From assembly GCA_002633005.1 (NCBI GenBank), contig NMRA01000355.1:332310-396309 (forward strand): a stretch of 64,000 nt of DNA, given 5' to 3'. The position numbers and the translations under genes are program-made. Of this stretch, positions 1-11,743 are shown piece by piece. The notes under the pieces were generated by a model, which saw only the letters and a program-made list of their open reading frames with translations, ran no database searches and was not told the origin of the DNA. The first letter of the stretch is position 1, and each line of letters opens with the position of its first letter. This DNA is from Phoronis australis. Taxonomy: Eukaryota > Animalia > Phoronida.

Positions 1-44
1 AAACTCATACTCCATTTTAGGTCACNAATCTCTCGACCATGCTG

Positions 45-1585
45 TCAGACTGTGGTCTGTATGGCGTACTGGGTTTTCGAGGAGCAAGAATTGAGACATA
101 AGTTCACTCGCAAGTTCTCTACCTTGATGTTATGTATGAATTTGGGGGTACCAAATCGACAAATAACTTCTTTAACCTTTAACGAGAGTGTCAGCAACAG
201 CATAGGAGGCCTTATGGTCAGATAGACTGAAAGCTTCTGTCCACTTTCTGAAGTAATCGCCAACTACCATGATGTACTTGTTTCCGTTTTCTGTCTCAGG
301 TAATGGCCCCAAGATATGGATGGCAACTCGTTGGAAGGGAGCACCCACTCTGCTTTGCTCTAGAGGGGCCCGTCCACGCCCCGCTGGTCTAGATTTGCGG
401 CGTGCGTACATGTCGCATTTGCGACACCACCATGTGACGTCACCAAGTAGACCTGGCCAATAGTAGCGGGACCTCTGACAGCTTCCAGGGTTCTCTCTCT
501 TCCGGGGTGACCGGCTTTCCTGTTACCGTGTAGGGTATTCAATATCTCGGAACGTAACGTCAGAGGTACGACCAGCACCCATCGCTCTCCGTTCCCACAA
601 TCGTCGATCCATCAGCGGTATAGTACAGTTGCGTATTTCAAGTAAATTCCATTCGCTGAATAGCCTCTTCGCCTGATTGCTATATACCGATGACATCATG
701 GCTAGGCTTGTCAGGGTATTCCCTAAGAAGTCGAACGATGGGGCCAACAGCACAGTCTTGTTCCTGCAGCCTTGCAACCACGCATTCGGATCTGTATCAT
801 TTTGACCTGTCGTTCGTCGCTTGCTGGTGGGCCTCAGCACAGATACCAAGCTGGAGCCGGCACACTGGGTGCAACCGGCGCCCCGTTGACATCTCCTTCA
901 TGGTTTGCGGGACACGGCAGCCCGTCGGCGTATCCATGTAGGGAGCCTTTGCGATGCTCAGTTTCAAAATCATATGCATCTAGAGTGGCTATCCAGCGTG
1001 CTACAATGTCGGTAGGCTCTTTAAAGTTTCTAAGCCAGCATAGAGAACTGTAGTCAGTTTTGACAAGGAATTTCCTGCCCCCTGCGGAAACACTTTACGA
1101 AAGTGACAACAGCTAAAAGATCTTTGTATGTGGTGCATTATCTCCCTTGGGTTTGGGATAGGGTCATACAATTACTTTTTCTTCACCATCTTGCACCCGT
1201 GACAGAACGCGTCAGTATCGAGAACAAACTGACCGCTACAATTGAAGACGGTCAAAACTGGTTGTTCTGCAAGGGCATTCTTGAGACTGTCAAAAGCATG
1301 TTCAAAAGCACTGTCCCACACAAATCTGTGATTTTTACGTGTCAGTGCTGTGAGCAGGGTGGCGATACTGAAAAAGTCAAGGATAACGCGCCGATAGTAC
1401 GAAGCTAGACCGAGAAAGCTCCTGAACCTGTCTGTGACGTTCGTTGGGCGTGGTCAGCAACGCACAACTTCAACTTCATTGGATCTCAAGAGACACCGGA
1501 AGTCGAGACCTAATGACCAAGGAACTTGATTTTCCGTTGGAAAACACAACATTTGGAATGTTTCAATCGGAAGCGGGCTTCAACA
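45..1585 (-). mobile_element. Decayed Ty3/Gypsy LTR-retrotransposon pol fragment (RT C-terminus, RNase H, integrase)
   Basis: Minus-strand translation across frameshifts and stops gives RSFLGLASYYRR...FVWDSAFEHAFDSLKNAL (RT thumb/connection), GRKFLVKTDYSSLCWL...ARWIATLDAYDF...HRKG (RNase H), ILNTLHGNRKAGHPGRERT (integrase zinc-binding region) and PFQRVAIHILGPLPETENGNKYIMVVGDYFRKWTEAF (integrase core). The order RT-RH-INT is Gypsy-type. Confidence 0.93.
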
Positions 1586-3293
1586 ATATACTTGATTATG
1601 AGAACCTTCATAAGTTCCCGTCTAACTCCCGACCCCCAAAGCATGCCCACATTTAACAGTAGTGAGAAAAACAAACTGCACATGACTCTTCTGCTAGTCT
1701 TGAGTTACGGCAATAGATGGCGATAAAGTGTAAGTTGTATTTTTTCACTGCGCGATGTCCAAATATTCAAACTTAACACTAACAACTGACGTCATGATGA
1801 TGACACTTGTTTAAATTTTATCTGGACACAAACTTCACAAAATGGTCCCAAAACTTATTTATTCTTAAGTAGGCCTAATACATGTAGGTATGGGAAAGTG
1901 TCGCACCCGGTCGGCACCCCAGTACGGTATCAACTCGATGACATAAAACACCACTGACTTTCTTATAAAAAATTCTTGTAAATCAGTATTAAATAGCGAC
2001 TTGAACCACGTTGCGTTGTGAAAAGTGTAGGGCTTCATTAATATATCATTTAGTTTCTGTTCGCGGGCGGCTCCACTCAGTGGCTCACTTAGTTTCATCA
2101 ATATTTGAGAAATGTCAACATCGTATTTTAAGCAAAAACTTACATTTTACCCTCCTTTCTTCAATTTCAGAAAATAATTTAACTTCATTGTGTTTATTGC
2201 AAGTAACCGGTCATTCTCTCCCGCTGGCTTGTTTGGTTCTTGAGAATACAAATCATCTTGAATGACCGCAAACAGGGCCATTCTTGACGTTTTTTCGCCA
2301 TGTTCACTTCAAATTGATTGCTTCCTCGCAAACAGCTTCTTCTTCTCTTTGGAACAGCACACTACAAAATACCGTTTTCCCTAACTTTTTGTACGGCATA
2401 CATGTAGTTTTCAGTTCTTTTCACACTTCCACCACTCACAGCACACCTCCCGGTGTCCCACTCCGCCATCTTGCCATTCGCTGCAATGGTTATCGGCCAT
2501 ATTGAATCGGCAAGTCCTAATAAATGCCTTTTACAATGAGTGTGATGCATCAAACTATGGGTTTTCAGGTATGATAAAATCGATTTTGATGCTATTTTTG
2601 TGATTGGAGGTCAAGTTCACGCGAAAAGGTCAAGGTCATATTATGCCGCACATGTTCCATTGGAAATATAGTGAGCTCAAATACTTCAGAGCATCTTTAC
2701 ACATAAATTCAGACTAGTTTTGGAGTATTTGAGGGAAAACGCGCGTATGGCAAAATGAATAATCGATAAATCTAAGATGGCCGCCAACCGCCATAGTGGA
2801 ATTGTAAGTGCCTATGTCAATATATTAGGTTCTGTTGCACTAGAACCTCATTTTAAGCACTATTTTCGTGATTGGATGTCAAGGTTATGTTTAAATGTTG
2901 AATTTTGCAAATGTGTGATGACCTGAACACACAAAAACGTCAGTTGCAATGGATTACCAGCAAACAAGTTACTTCTATTTCAGTTTCATTTTTATTACAC
3001 CTTCACGAACATTGTTTGCTACAATCAAATGTTTATTAAAGAGTTATAGCAAGTTAAGCAGAATATTTTCCGTAAAAAGGTTTTCTTAGAACATTAAATA
3101 AAAGAGAAAGCGTGTCAAATGTGGTTCCTCGTGGAGCGATCTTGCTTTCTGAGTGAAAATGCCAGAGTCGAGTCTTCTTGATTCATTACTATTATTATGA
3201 GATTAGCTTACAGGGTAATGGCATTTCACAAAAGGCAACAACAAAAGCCTCGAGTGTTATAGTAACCAACAACTCAATCATTTCTCAATCGCT

Positions 3294-3570
3294 GGCATTC
3301 TGACAATGTGACTGTGTCCATACACTTGCACGCATCAGCACACTGGAGTCCAACTTGTCGACAACCTAAGCGCACGCTGGAACAAACCAATTGATGCATC
3401 TATATGTTATTAGTTCTATGCAGGATTCCGGAATTGGTGCTAGCATCATCAACAAAGGTGTTGTGTGCTCGCCTACAAATGTCCAACCAGAATGAGCGAT
3501 GTCTGGGAGTTTCTGAGTGCTCTTGTCTGCCACCAGAATTTTCTAGTTAGGTTAATCCCTTGATATATCA
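3294..3570 (-). mobile_element. Decayed Academ-like DNA transposon fragment (C-terminal Cys-rich zinc finger)
   Basis: Minus strand, with frameshifts: LPDIAHSGWTFVGEHTTPLLMMLAPIPESCIELITYRC...CSSVRLGCRQVGLQCADACKC...HCQN. This matches my recollection of the LP..GW..P..P..EL..C.C..C..C...GL.C...C.C..C.N tail of Academ proteins. Confidence 0.65.
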
Positions 3571-3762
3571 TCGTGATGAACACTTCAAAGTGTTCTTGAA
3601 CCTTTGTGACTCCAAAAGAACAACCATATCTTCAAACACAGCACTGAAAAGGGGGCTATACCCCCAGCCCCCTATGGTGCGCCGCCTATGTTCACTTGCG
3701 CAGACTGTGATTCGTTTTTTCGTCCTTGTATGTTACCTTAATTGCTGACATATACACATAGT

Positions 3763-4684
3763 GGACATCGATTTTCGAAAAGGTATTAACACCAACAGGT
3801 TGCGCGGCAAACCAAAGATCAGACTTCGTTGCGTTCCAGTTTGGTATGGATGTAAAATAGTGCATCTTCTGTCATCATTTTCGCAGGCCTGTTTCGCTTA
3901 TATTTTTGTAGGCTTCAATGGGGAAGTTTTACGGATCCTATGGAGTGGCGAAAATCTTCGGACTACGGTCTCACTTGACTTTTTCGTGTGTTTTTTTTTG
4001 TGGTTCTTTCATTAAACTCCAAGTATTCGCCGGTGTCTAGACGATGTATGTACGATGTCACCCCACCTCAACTTTCTGTTTTCATCGCCATCCCGAAAGC
4101 TGAACATCGTAGTGTTGTTTAACCAGATTTGATTTAGGAGTTCACGTGGAGTGGGTGATCAGTTCCCGATCCCTTTCTTCTTTAGGATATTTTCCTCCAT
4201 GTGGCTTAGCATTTCTGCCTTTCTTGGCAGATTTCCTTTACCAACTTCTTTTAGTTGTTTTCGTTTCGCTATGAGGGCCAGTTCCCGGGATGAGACAAAC
4301 TGCCTATCAGCAATTACGGGAGAATTTCTTTTTGTTTTCTTTGATGTGTCTATCGAGCGATCTCTGAATGCAGGTCAGTGTGTCGGGCTTGTACTCGCTG
4401 CCATCCAATTTTCGCACAGTTCGACGTAGAAACTTCCCAGAAGAGAGTCGAACTCCTTTTCTGCTATGTCTTCAATCCTAATATCTTTGCTTCTGGTATC
4501 CATTGATGGAATGTTGCCACATCACTCTTGTTTTTTTTTTACCGTATTTGCATTCCTATTAGAAACAACAAAATCCATAACATCCTCGTCTGTCACAGTT
4601 GGGCCATATCTGTTTGTTAATTTTGGTCTCATCCTCGCTAGACTCGTCAAAGTGTATGTCCAAGTGTAGGTCTAATGTTGCCAT
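3763..4684 (-). mobile_element. Decayed Crypton-type tyrosine-recombinase-derived (DUF3504) ORF
   Basis: Minus strand, frameshifted: DFVVSNRNANTVKK..SDVATFHQW; EFDSLLGSFYVE..KLDGSEYKPDTLTCIQRSLDRHIKE; AKRKQLKEVGKGNLPRKAE; LLNQIWLNNTTMFSFRDGDENRKLRWGDI; EYLEFNERT; LWFAAQPVGVNT. These are hallmark blocks of DUF3504 proteins (CryptonA and the KIAA1958/QRICH1/ZMYM-like family). Confidence 0.85.
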
Positions 4685-7372
4685 CGCGAAATAAGCAGAT
4701 AACAGCGATAGATCATTGGGATAGTTGAGCGAGGAACGCTGCTAGCAGACGATTGTGTCAATAAAAAACTCATACTCCATTTTAGGTCACAGTTTCCTTT
4801 AAATATCTTGATATTCATTGTAGATATACTGTATGCATCCATAACAAAACGTTTTCGTTGGATTTGAATTAGATTTTTGACTGATTTTGTTGCCGAGAAC
4901 GCTGTTTAGTTTTGACCTATATATGATGACCTAGATTGAAACGAGCGCGGCATAAAAATGGCCGCCTGATCGACAAATTGTTTATGTTTTTGGAGCAGTA
5001 AAACTACCCTTTCAGTAACGACGGCGTGCATCAATGTTTTAGGTAAACCAAATGATTGAGCCCAATCAAATTTGGCGTTATACACGCGAATTTACTCCAC
5101 CAGGAGTCTGCACAGCAACCGTGAAATACGGTTTCTACATGTACCTTGAATACGGCCTCTACCGTGGTATACGGAATGGCTTCACTTTCCCGTATTTGAC
5201 AATTCTTGCCGTACTATACAACATCCGTATTTTCACATATATGGGATAAAACCTTGTAAACAAAATTGCTATTGCTTATTTAAGGGATGGGCAATTGTCT
5301 GTTTTTTATTCTATTATGGCCAAAATTGATTAAGAAAGAAGTCTAGTTTTTTAGTGATTTTGTTTCTATCAGTACAAGTGCAATTTATTTTGATGTGTGT
5401 TTTGCCTAGTATGTTCTTTAAATTTCATTGTTCAGTGGTTGAACGAAGCAAACTCTGTTTTTTGATTTCGCATATGATTGTCGTGTTTACATTATTTTTG
5501 GTTTTGTATTGCTCTCAACACTCTGAATACAGATTAAATACATTTACTTTGTGTTGTATCTTTACTTCAAACGTAACAATGGGGTTACTTGGCAGGAGGG
5601 GCGTACGCAAAATGACCTCTGTTTTCGGATTGCTTTTCACAATGAATAGTGCATCCAGCTAATTTTGTGTAGTGGCTATTCAAAATCACCGACATCTGTC
5701 CTAAGTCTAAAACTTACACGCTCCCTGTGTATTACGTGCGACTTCCTACCCGACAATCGGAGCGCGTAGTCTGTGGTACTAAAGTCAAAATGTTTCCGGT
5801 GGATTTCACGATATTCGTTTTGTCGCGGACGGGACATTTCGACTTTTAAAATCCCCATAAAACATTAAGTGCTAATAATCTAAAACTGATACATTTCTAA
5901 AGAGAATTGGGTTCAATACCAGAAAACAATGCTTACCAATTTTAACTGTTGGAGCATCGCAACACAAAATGACATGGGAGTTTTCGAAACTAAGTGTATT
6001 AGAACAGTAGTTAATATCAGTAATACTATCAAACTAACATACTAAGTAATAAATATCATGAATTTCACGGATTTCATGACAACTAACTTCAGACTTTAAA
6101 ATCTGTTCTGCTTAGACAGTATGTTACAGGAAAGTGTTATTTGTGGCAGGTTTAGTCATTTCTATAAGGTTTGTTTTGCTCCAAAATAAAAATGGTTCGA
6201 AAAACATTGAGATAAAAAACGTCACTTGCGTCGCAGAAGCGATCGTTGCGGATATGGCATTTAGTCCCAGTGTCTTTTAGTGAAATAATCAGTGATGTAG
6301 ACCAGAAAAAAATCAATAGTGTCAAAAACTACATCGTATCAATATGCTTACACTTAATGATACTCAGAATTATCTATAAACTTAGTCATAATCAACTACA
6401 GTTTTCCATGGCAACAGGTTGGGAATCCTCAAAAAGTAACAGCTACAACTAATTACAACAATGGATGGTACTTGAACTCGCATCTTGAAAACACTATATA
6501 TAGCTACTATCATCTTTTTTCATCGCAGATTTTTTAAACTGGCACTCTTCAAAAACAAGCGCCACCTAGAGTCCATCTTACGTGCAGCGTGGTTTTTAAC
6601 ACTGGTTCATTAGTTGAATCAACAGTTCCAACGTGCATCTTATACAGATTAGCTGATCTTAATCTGTCATGCTTTTGTACATGCAATTTCGACTTCACCG
6701 GTATCGGCAATTACAGCTATCACTGGATCAACATAACGCAAAATTTTAATTAGGCAATTTTTCGAAAGTCATATAATAAAGAACTTATTTTTAAACTATT
6801 ATAACTAAATAAATTCTAACTTATCTTCCACCTCGTTGCGTGTTGTAAGGGTTTTAATTATTTCGTTTCGTGAAAGTGAGTTATTACAAATATGTGTACC
6901 ATGCTCGTTCGGGTTACCGCTGAGACAGGTTTGCGTTGAGCTTAAAAACGAAAATTCTGACGGAGAGGTGGGTCGACGCGTCCCGAACTGTTAACGCCCA
7001 GGTTGTTGCGTCGATTTTGGCCTTTACCCGTTTAGCTAAACAAAACTGTTCAGACACGTCACCCTCAGTACAGAGCAAGGGAGCACCGTGACGAGTATTT
7101 GGTCGCCCGATTTAGACAAGGTTGCCCTGAGAATGACAAATCACTACCCAAAGGTAAGCTAGTTGCTGATGAGATTTTTTTCACAAAGACTGGGAAATTT
7201 TTAAGGAAACCTTGGTGATATAAATATGGGAGTGGCCTGGAAGCCGAACGTGGACGTTAACCCTAACGCGTGCCGTAGTTGTATTCTTGTTCTGTGATGT
7301 GCAAAACAATGAAACGCTGGATTTAAATGCCTTTGTCCCAATTCATGAAACTTTGTTTTTCAATATATTTTT

Positions 7373-7378
7373 TTTATT
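7373..7378 (-). terminator. Candidate polyadenylation signal (AATAAA) of the ADAMTSL-like gene
   Basis: The plus strand reads tttatt, about 165 nt downstream of the stop codon at 7542-7544. Confidence 0.35.
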
Positions 7379-7541
7379 TTTAATTCCATGTAACTAGTCT
7401 TACTGAACGCTCTGTCTCCACAGAATTTTTTTCGAAACTGGAATCAAAACGCAGAGACGAAGATATTAATGGTTCGATCTGTTGCGTGGAGCAAATTTTT
7501 ACAAACTCATGCAGGCAAATGTGAGCAAGGTTGTGAGCGTC

Positions 7542-7915
7542 TTAAACACGTATTCGAGACCTTGGGTTGACGTCGTTCCGCGAAAGGTACCAGGATGATA
7601 GCGGCTGTACGAATGCGTGTCGAGATCCAGCTTGTCTTGACGTGTCCCTGGAATTTCTGGAGGAAGTGCGCCGCCATGGTAAAACACGGTTTGCAAAGGG
7701 CACTCCGCGTCCAGGGGGCGCTGGAGGTATTGATGTGGCGCGTCGTGTACCAAGTAGTGCTGTTCTGGGAAAGGCCAGCGCGAGCGCACCGCGCGACTGT
7801 CCTGGGGATGCTGCATGCCGCGTGCACGACCTGCAGCACCTCTGGTGGAAGTAACTAAAACGACACATGTTGCGTCGGAGAGCGAAACTGCAGTAACTCG
7901 ACTGGTCGATACATG
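7542..7915 (-). CDS. Short ADAMTS-like protein, last coding exon: PLAC domain plus Arg/Ser/Pro-rich tail
   Basis: Acceptor ttttcttttacag| in phase 1. Translation CIDQSSYCSFALRRNMCRFSYFHQRCCRSC (six-Cys PLAC pattern), then 93 aa to TAA. Confidence 0.88.
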
Positions 7916-8409
7916 CTGTAAAAGAAAATTAATACACCTTCAAGTTCCCTCCATGACTGAATGGCTTAAATAAGTTGGGGTATGTATTATGAATGTCCAG
8001 GTGATGCTACTTTTCTATTTCAAACAAAATAAAGTTGGTAAGTGTGTGACATCTTCAGCGCACGTTAATTGCTAATAATTTACATATAGCAGGGGGCCAA
8101 AAAAGCTTAAATGGTTCTCTGGACGTTTTTGAACTTGAGTTGGGAAATAGATTAGAATCCTGTGTTTACCAAGCGCCACCTAATGTCTGTTTTGAGTTGC
8201 GAGCTGACCACTGAGAATCAGCATTAGTGCTACAGTGTATTTTTATCTTCCTTTTTGCGGAGGGAAATCCCTTGACGAAGTTGGAAGTACCGCATTTGGT
8301 TCCGCGTCACGTGATCTGAACACCAAATGATACCAGCTTGAAACCTGTCCAGTGATCTCGTATCAATTTTTTATCACATTCACAAGCGTTTATCAGCATT
8401 TTTCAATAC

Positions 8410-8560
8410 CTTCTTCCTCACATGGTGGCGTGGCGCACGTTATCATCGACCTCGGCTTTTCTCCTGTGCATTGATTAACGAACGCCAAAGACGAGTTGTG
8501 CTTCCAACGACACTGAATAAGTCGCAAGCGTACTCCCTGGCCTCCGCAGCTTCGAGAACA
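8410..8560 (-). CDS. Short ADAMTS-like protein, coding exon 3: TSP1 repeat
   Basis: Acceptor gatttcatag|, donor G|gtattg, 151 nt (phase 0 to 1). Translation CSRSCGGQGVRLRLIQCRWKHNSSLAFVNQCTGEKPRSMITCATPPCEEE completes WTAGVWSG from the previous exon. Confidence 0.9.
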
Positions 8561-8754
8561 CTATGAAATCAGACAGAGATGTGGATATGTGAACCATAAT
8601 CCTATTTATTCTTTCTTTAAATGGCCAATGTTGACTTTCTTCTCAAAAAGTTTTAATGTAGAGCACTTGCCGTGATGAAATCGGTCTTAAATTATTTCAT
8701 AGTCAAGAATGGAAAGATCTAAACGATGTTTATTACAAGTAGAGACTAGGCATG

Positions 8755-8884
8755 CGTTCAGTAGCGCTAAGATCCACTCTAGGATCTACATGTAGCTAAA
8801 ATTAATCTAACCCAAATCACGTGTTATTTAACTACACGCCAATACTCTCGAGGTCCTATTATCGCGCTACTGAACGGGAGGCTG
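8755..8884. mobile_element. MITE family A, copy 1
   Basis: Inverted ends cgttcagtagcgc / gcgctactgaacg; the internal sequence resembles the copies at 27393 and 29338. Confidence 0.65.
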
Positions 8885-9369
8885 CCTTTTCAAATTTTAT
8901 TGTATCTCGGCGAGTCGCTTTTAATGCGCCGAGCACGAGCAATAACGAACCATCAGTAATTTTGCGCCCGCCAGAAACCATGTATTACCTAAGTTGCATG
9001 CTCTGTATAGGGAACAGGTTGAGATCAGCGCCAAGTTGTCTAAATCAAACGTGTTTTAAAGTAACTGTGACGCCTATGTGAATTTTCTTGGAGCCTAACA
9101 AATGAAACTTATTGTCCTGTAATGAACGACGTTAAAAGCAGTGGGAACTGTTACTTTGCTCTATGGGTCTACTCCCATTTTGTTTTCTAGGACGCGCTAA
9201 CAGGTCATAGCCACCAGGTGGCGAGATCTGCTCGATCACTTTTTACTTCGTAAGTCAACAACAGCGTGCAATCTTTCTTAGATCCGGTCAACACGTTGCT
9301 ACTGGATGCGGTGTTTTCCGGCGCGGCACTGTCATGTAATATCGGATATCAAAAGCGATGCCTACGGCT

Positions 9370-11743
9370 AAATCACAATCAAGGTCCATATTCGAGAGAT
9401 GACTATGTTACGGTCTAAAATATTTTTTGGTCACTTACCAAATGCTAAGTGAATCTCATATGCAAAGAGTTATTTAGTTGTGCAAATTAAAAAAAGAATC
9501 ATCAAAATCGGACAATGTTTGAGAAATTTATGCATGTTTTTGTCTATGCATTTCATGCATTTTTAGCGTTACGAGTGGCCATTTTAAAAATTACAATTTT
9601 CAACTGTCAACAGTAGAAAAGAAATTCATTTTATCAAGTAAGCAATTGCTTTGATATGACTGGGAATAACTTGAGTCACTTTCAGAATCACTTAGATGAA
9701 GTTGTGCTTAATCATTGAGAAGTGGTAGGGTTCATCATAAAACAGGCACTCGTTACGAAATTTGTGTGAATTTTTGCGTTTCTAAACCTCACCTACTGTA
9801 AAGAGGGTTAAAAACTTAAGTTTAAACTCTATAATAAAAAGAACTGTAGAATATGCTAGCCTTGGCAACACAGCAAAGTATTCAATATCTAAACAAAAAC
9901 CAAAAGTTTAGATTTTGACTAGGTTCTGCTATTGTGAAAATGGGCCAAAAAGGCTAACAAAATGTAGTGTACGTACTCCTATGTGGAATTCAATAACATA
10001 AATGGTCATTGCATATGAAATTATTGCCTTTTAAATAACAACATGGTGCTTATTGTCACCAAAGAAAAATAAATGGCCATACAACATTATGTTACCATGT
10101 GATGCAGAAACAGTGATGTAGTGTACGTACCCCTCTTTTGTAGTCTACATGTACGTACCCCCATGTTTACAAATGCCATGAAATTAAAATATCACTTGGT
10201 AAGTGAGCAACATTGGTCATAAACAGTTTCCTTCCTTAAAAATGTTAGGTTAAAAGGGTGTTTATTGCAAACACATTTGTTTTGAGCGAAATATTAGCAT
10301 TTGTGTAGTGTACGTACCCCCATATTTTAATTTGTGCATATTTTCAAAGTATGGGAAATATGCGCATGAGTGCTGTGCTTTTTATTTTTTCTCTTTCAAT
10401 TGATTTAGTAAATCAACTAACTCTCAGTAGATTCTTAGTATTTAGTTACAAACCTGACATGTCATTGAAATGTAGTGTACGTACCCCTGTGTAGTGTACG
10501 TACGCCGATGTGAACAAATACCATGAAACAAAAATATTACATGGTAAGAATGCAACATTTATCACACACGATTTCCTCCATTAAAAATGCTAGGTTAAAA
10601 GGGTGTTGTAATTAAAATTACAAATGCATTTGTTTTGAGTGAAATATTAGCATTTGTGTAGTGTACGTACCCCTATGTTTTAACATGTGCCTGTTTTCAA
10701 AGAATGACAAACAGATATACACATTTATGCTGTAATTTTTGTTTGTTCTCTTTGAATAGATTTGGTAAGTGAACTAACTCTCAGTAGATTCTAAGTATTT
10801 TTATAAACCATACAAGTCATTGAAATGTAGTGTAGCTACCCCTGTGTAGGGTACGTACATGTACCTCCAACCTCGGTGCTATAAAGTATTGCCCATAAGT
10901 ATTTTTATATACTGCTGTTCTCATGAACAATACTGATATTTCCAAAATGCATCCAGTCTGACAAAACAAAAAAACAATGGACATTATTAAATTTGTGGGA
11001 AATAAAATGCCACACAAGTCTTGGCTAGTAACATCCTAGAAGACATGTCATGTGACAACTGATGTTGCAGAGGCGGGTTCTCTATCTTTCAAGACAACTT
11101 GCAACAAAACAACTAATAGAGGCAGCACAAAACTCAAGATCATCGCATACATTTGTAACTTAGTCAAAATTATTTGATGTTGCGTAGTGTACGTACCCCC
11201 CAACCAGTACCATTTTTTACTGTTTACAAGTTGAACACTGGGCCTAACATTGCTTTAACTATTTTAACCAACTGGTGAATGTATTGAAAACTAGGCAAAT
11301 AGCACCAATAAAGTTTTTGAAAAAAGTAGTTACCTGTCATTTTCTTTTTGTAAGAATCATATTGCAAGAGAAAAAGTTATACTGTGTTAAGACATGCAAT
11401 GTATCATCATCTTGAACAACTTGATCAGCACGGTAATAACTTTTCTTACTTTAGTATGTGATACTTCTTCAATTTGATCAAGAACTTACTAAATTAACAG
11501 CGACCTTATGAATTTTTGCATGATAGAAGTGGACTGTGACCACAAGTTGTAGTGTACGCACCATTTTATGCAACTGCGATGCATTAGGCCATAAAATTTT
11601 ATTCGGTGGTTCTTGTGCAAAAATATTTTAGATAACAAACCTGGAATGATGGTACTTGAAAAATAACCTAGGTTTTACAGTTATATGACAACTTTCATTT
11701 TTCACCAAAAGTGGCCACCGAATATGGACCTTGATTGTGATTT
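9370..11743. mobile_element. Putative non-autonomous DNA transposon with 25-bp inverted repeats and an internal periodic motif
   Basis: aaatcacaatcaaggtccatattcg (9370-9394) is exactly inverted at 11719-11743. Outer inverted motif caccaggtggcg at 9212-9223 and 11912-11923. About 11 internal copies of tgtagtgtacgtacccc and a ~355-bp internal duplication. No ORF. Confidence 0.7.

Noticed and set aside
2250-2553. Possible N-terminus of a second Academ-like ORF (MAEWDTGRCAV...)
   Set aside because: Too short and degenerate to support without a database search.
9963-11565. CRISPR-like array of short repeats with intervening sequence
   Set aside because: Eukaryotic intron, 17-bp repeat, 140-350-bp spacers that are partly homologous to each other, and no cas genes.
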